Shown piece after piece: positions 57,043 through 58,787 of a stretch of DNA of 58,787 nucleotides (its first letter is position 1; every line of letters begins with the position of its first letter). This stretch comes from Acidobacteriota bacterium (lineage in GTDB: Bacteria > Acidobacteriota > UBA4820 > DSQY01): positions 1 through 58,787 of the forward strand of contig JBMFSH010000016.1 in the NCBI GenBank assembly GCA_049967655.1. The letters run 5' to 3'. The notes beneath the pieces were generated by a model. It saw only the letters and a list, made by a program, of their open reading frames with translations, had not been told where the DNA came from and made no database searches. The translations under genes and the position numbers were made by a program.

Positions 57043-58370
57043 GCACGGCCCTCATGATCCTCCGGAGCACGGAGGATTTCGACGTCCTGAAGGCGGCCCT
57101 ACCCCCGGAGTGGCACGTGGAGATGGTGGGCTCCGGAGACCTGGCCCTCGAGCGCCTGAAGGCGGGAGGCGTGGCCCTGCTCGTGATGGACGTCGAGGAG
57201 GCGGTGGAGTCCCCCGAGGCTGCGCTTCCCGAGTTCAAGACCCTGGCCCCGTGGGCCCCCATCCTCTGCCTCCTCCCCGAGGCACAGCGGCCGAGCATCC
57301 CCTCCCTGCTCGCCCTGGGCGCCACCGACGTCCTCCTCAAGCCCATCCTCCCCGCCGAGGCGAACGTGCGCTTCCAGGGTGCGCTGGCCCGCTTCCCCAA
57401 GCAGCCCTCCACCCCGCTCACCAAGGCCGAGGAGGCCGTGCTGCTGGGTCCCTCCCCCGCCATGGCGGGCATCCGCGAGCAGATTGCCATCGTGGCCCCC
57501 ACCGAGATCCCCGTCCTCATCCTGGGCGAATCGGGCACGGGCCGCGGCGTCATCGCGCGTCAGGTGCACTACCAGAGCGCCCGCGCCAAGGCCCCCTTCC
57601 TCGTGGTGAACTGCCAGGGGGTGCCCGAGCAGGTCCTGGAGGCGGAGACCTTCGGCCAGGCGGACGAGACCGGCCAGAGCGCCGTCCGGGGCCACCTCGA
57701 GGAGGCCGAGGGCGGCACGCTCTTCTTCGACGAGGTGGCCGACTTCTCCCCCGTCTTCCAGGCCAGGCTCCTCAAGATCATGCGGGAGCGCGAGTACGCG
57801 AGGATCGGCGAGACCACACCGCGCGCCGCCAACCTCCGCTTCATTTTTGCCTCCTCCCGGGACCTCGCCGCCGAGCTCGCCGCCAAGCGCATCCGCGAGG
57901 ACTTCTACTACCGCATCCAGACCTTTCCCCTCACCGTTCCGCCCCTGCGGGAACGCACCGAGGACATCCCGGTCCTGGCCCGCGCCTTTCTCCAGAGCTA
58001 CTGCCGGGAGATCGCCAAGCCCTTCGAGGGCATCGAGGAGGAGGCCCTGGAGTGCCTCCTCTGGTACCCCTGGCCCGGCAACGTCCGCGAGCTTCAAGCG
58101 CGCATGCGATTCTGCACCCTCTACCTCACCACGCCAATCCTGAGGCGCGAGGACCTCCCCTTCGAGCTCCAGGGCCACACGGGGCGCGGCGTCGGCAGCT
58201 TTGCCCACGCCCGCGTCCAGTTCGAGCGCGAATACCTCATCCGCCTCCTGCGCAAACACAAGGGCAACATCAACCGCATGGCCAAGGAGTCCGGCAAGCA
58301 GCGCGTCGAGATCTACCGCATGCTCAAGCGTTACCGCCTCTCCGTCGAGAAGTTCCGCGGCAAGGGGTAG
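57039..58370 (+). CDS. NtrC-like response regulator (receiver + AAA + HTH) with degenerate sigma54-activation motifs
   Basis: GESGTGR, EAEGGTLFFDEV, REDFYYR, PLRER.EDI, WPGNVREL, C-terminal HTH; no GAFTGA. Confidence 0.88.
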   Translation: MSTALMILRSTEDFDVLKAALPPEWHVEMVGSGDLALERLKAGGVALLVMDVEEAVESPEAALPEFKTLAPWAPILCLLPEAQRPSIPSLLALGATDVLLKPILPAEANVRFQGALARFPKQPSTPLTKAEEAVLLGPSPAMAGIREQIAIVAPTEIPVLILGESGTGRGVIARQVHYQSARAKAPFLVVNCQGVPEQVLEAETFGQADETGQSAVRGHLEEAEGGTLFFDEVADFSPVFQARLLKIMREREYARIGETTPRAANLRFIFASSRDLAAELAAKRIREDFYYRIQTFPLTVPPLRERTEDIPVLARAFLQSYCREIAKPFEGIEEEALECLLWYPWPGNVRELQARMRFCTLYLTTPILRREDLPFELQGHTGRGVGSFAHARVQFEREYLIRLLRKHKGNINRMAKESGKQRVEIYRMLKRYRLSVEKFRGKG

Positions 58371-58787
58371 GGACGCGAGACGCGCCAGACGCGACAATTT
58401 GCGCGAAGACGCTTGAATTGCAGTCGGAACACGCAGCCGGAAGAGTGCGTTTATCGCGAATTCTCAACAAAGCCCATATTTCCGCTTCAGGCCCGAAAGA
58501 AAAGAACCGTGTGTAAATCCTCGCCGTACCCCGTCTGGCGGAGGGTGACGATCGGGGGGTAGCCTGGAGCGGTGCGTGATAGGCGCGTGCGGTCGGGCTG
58601 CGGTGCACGGCCCCGGGGATACCCCGTTGTTCTGCGTGCCGGCGCCGCCCACGCCGGCGGCCGGGGCGGCGCCAGGGCGGACGGGCCTGGGGGGTTCGGG
58701 CCGGGCCCAGGCAGAGGGCCGGGCGGCCTGCGAGGAGCGGGATGAGGAGAAGGGGAAGCCGGTCAGTCCTGGAGCGCTTCGGGCAGG

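Noticed and set aside
58371..58787. Possible ncRNA, or 3' end of a minus-strand gene (..LPEALQD*), at the window end
   Set aside because: No recognisable RNA family signature; coding fragment too short to call

Overview
High-GC bacterial chromosome segment, mostly housekeeping. The gene order nuoLMN directly followed by atpZ-atpI-atpB-atpE, plus tilS-hpt-ftsH-folP, suggests an Acidobacteriota- or Deltaproteobacteria-like lineage (inference). Genes include complex I and F0 subunits, aroB, rlmB, guaA, an orphan pstS, carD, lolA, folE, rlmD, tRNA(CAT), tilS, hpt, ftsH, folP, an NPP-type phosphodiesterase, a DHH-CBS tRNA nucleotidyltransferase, hisC, rluB, scpB, an aldehyde dehydrogenase, tkt, comF, ftsB, eno, a 13-heme ImcH/NapC-like cytochrome, ftsEX, a secreted beta-propeller/Ig protein, aceEF, an ECF sigma/CBM48 anti-sigma module, two pseudogenes, an archaeal-type HMG-CoA synthase/thiolase/DUF35 trio, folD, coaE, tldD and a degenerate sigma54-type activator. 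The most unusual signals are non-coding. (1) A GC-rich palindromic element sits between two identical 71-bp copies of the nucleotidyltransferase gene start and forms a leader ORF that stops on the real start codon; the same start/stop 'relay mini-ORF' architecture occurs at three other gene junctions. (2) A MITE family has conserved inverted ends and 5-bp target duplications but divergent interiors. (3) The only canonical start codons for tilS lie inside the upstream tRNA(CAT) gene. All calls were made by eye; no database searches were run.
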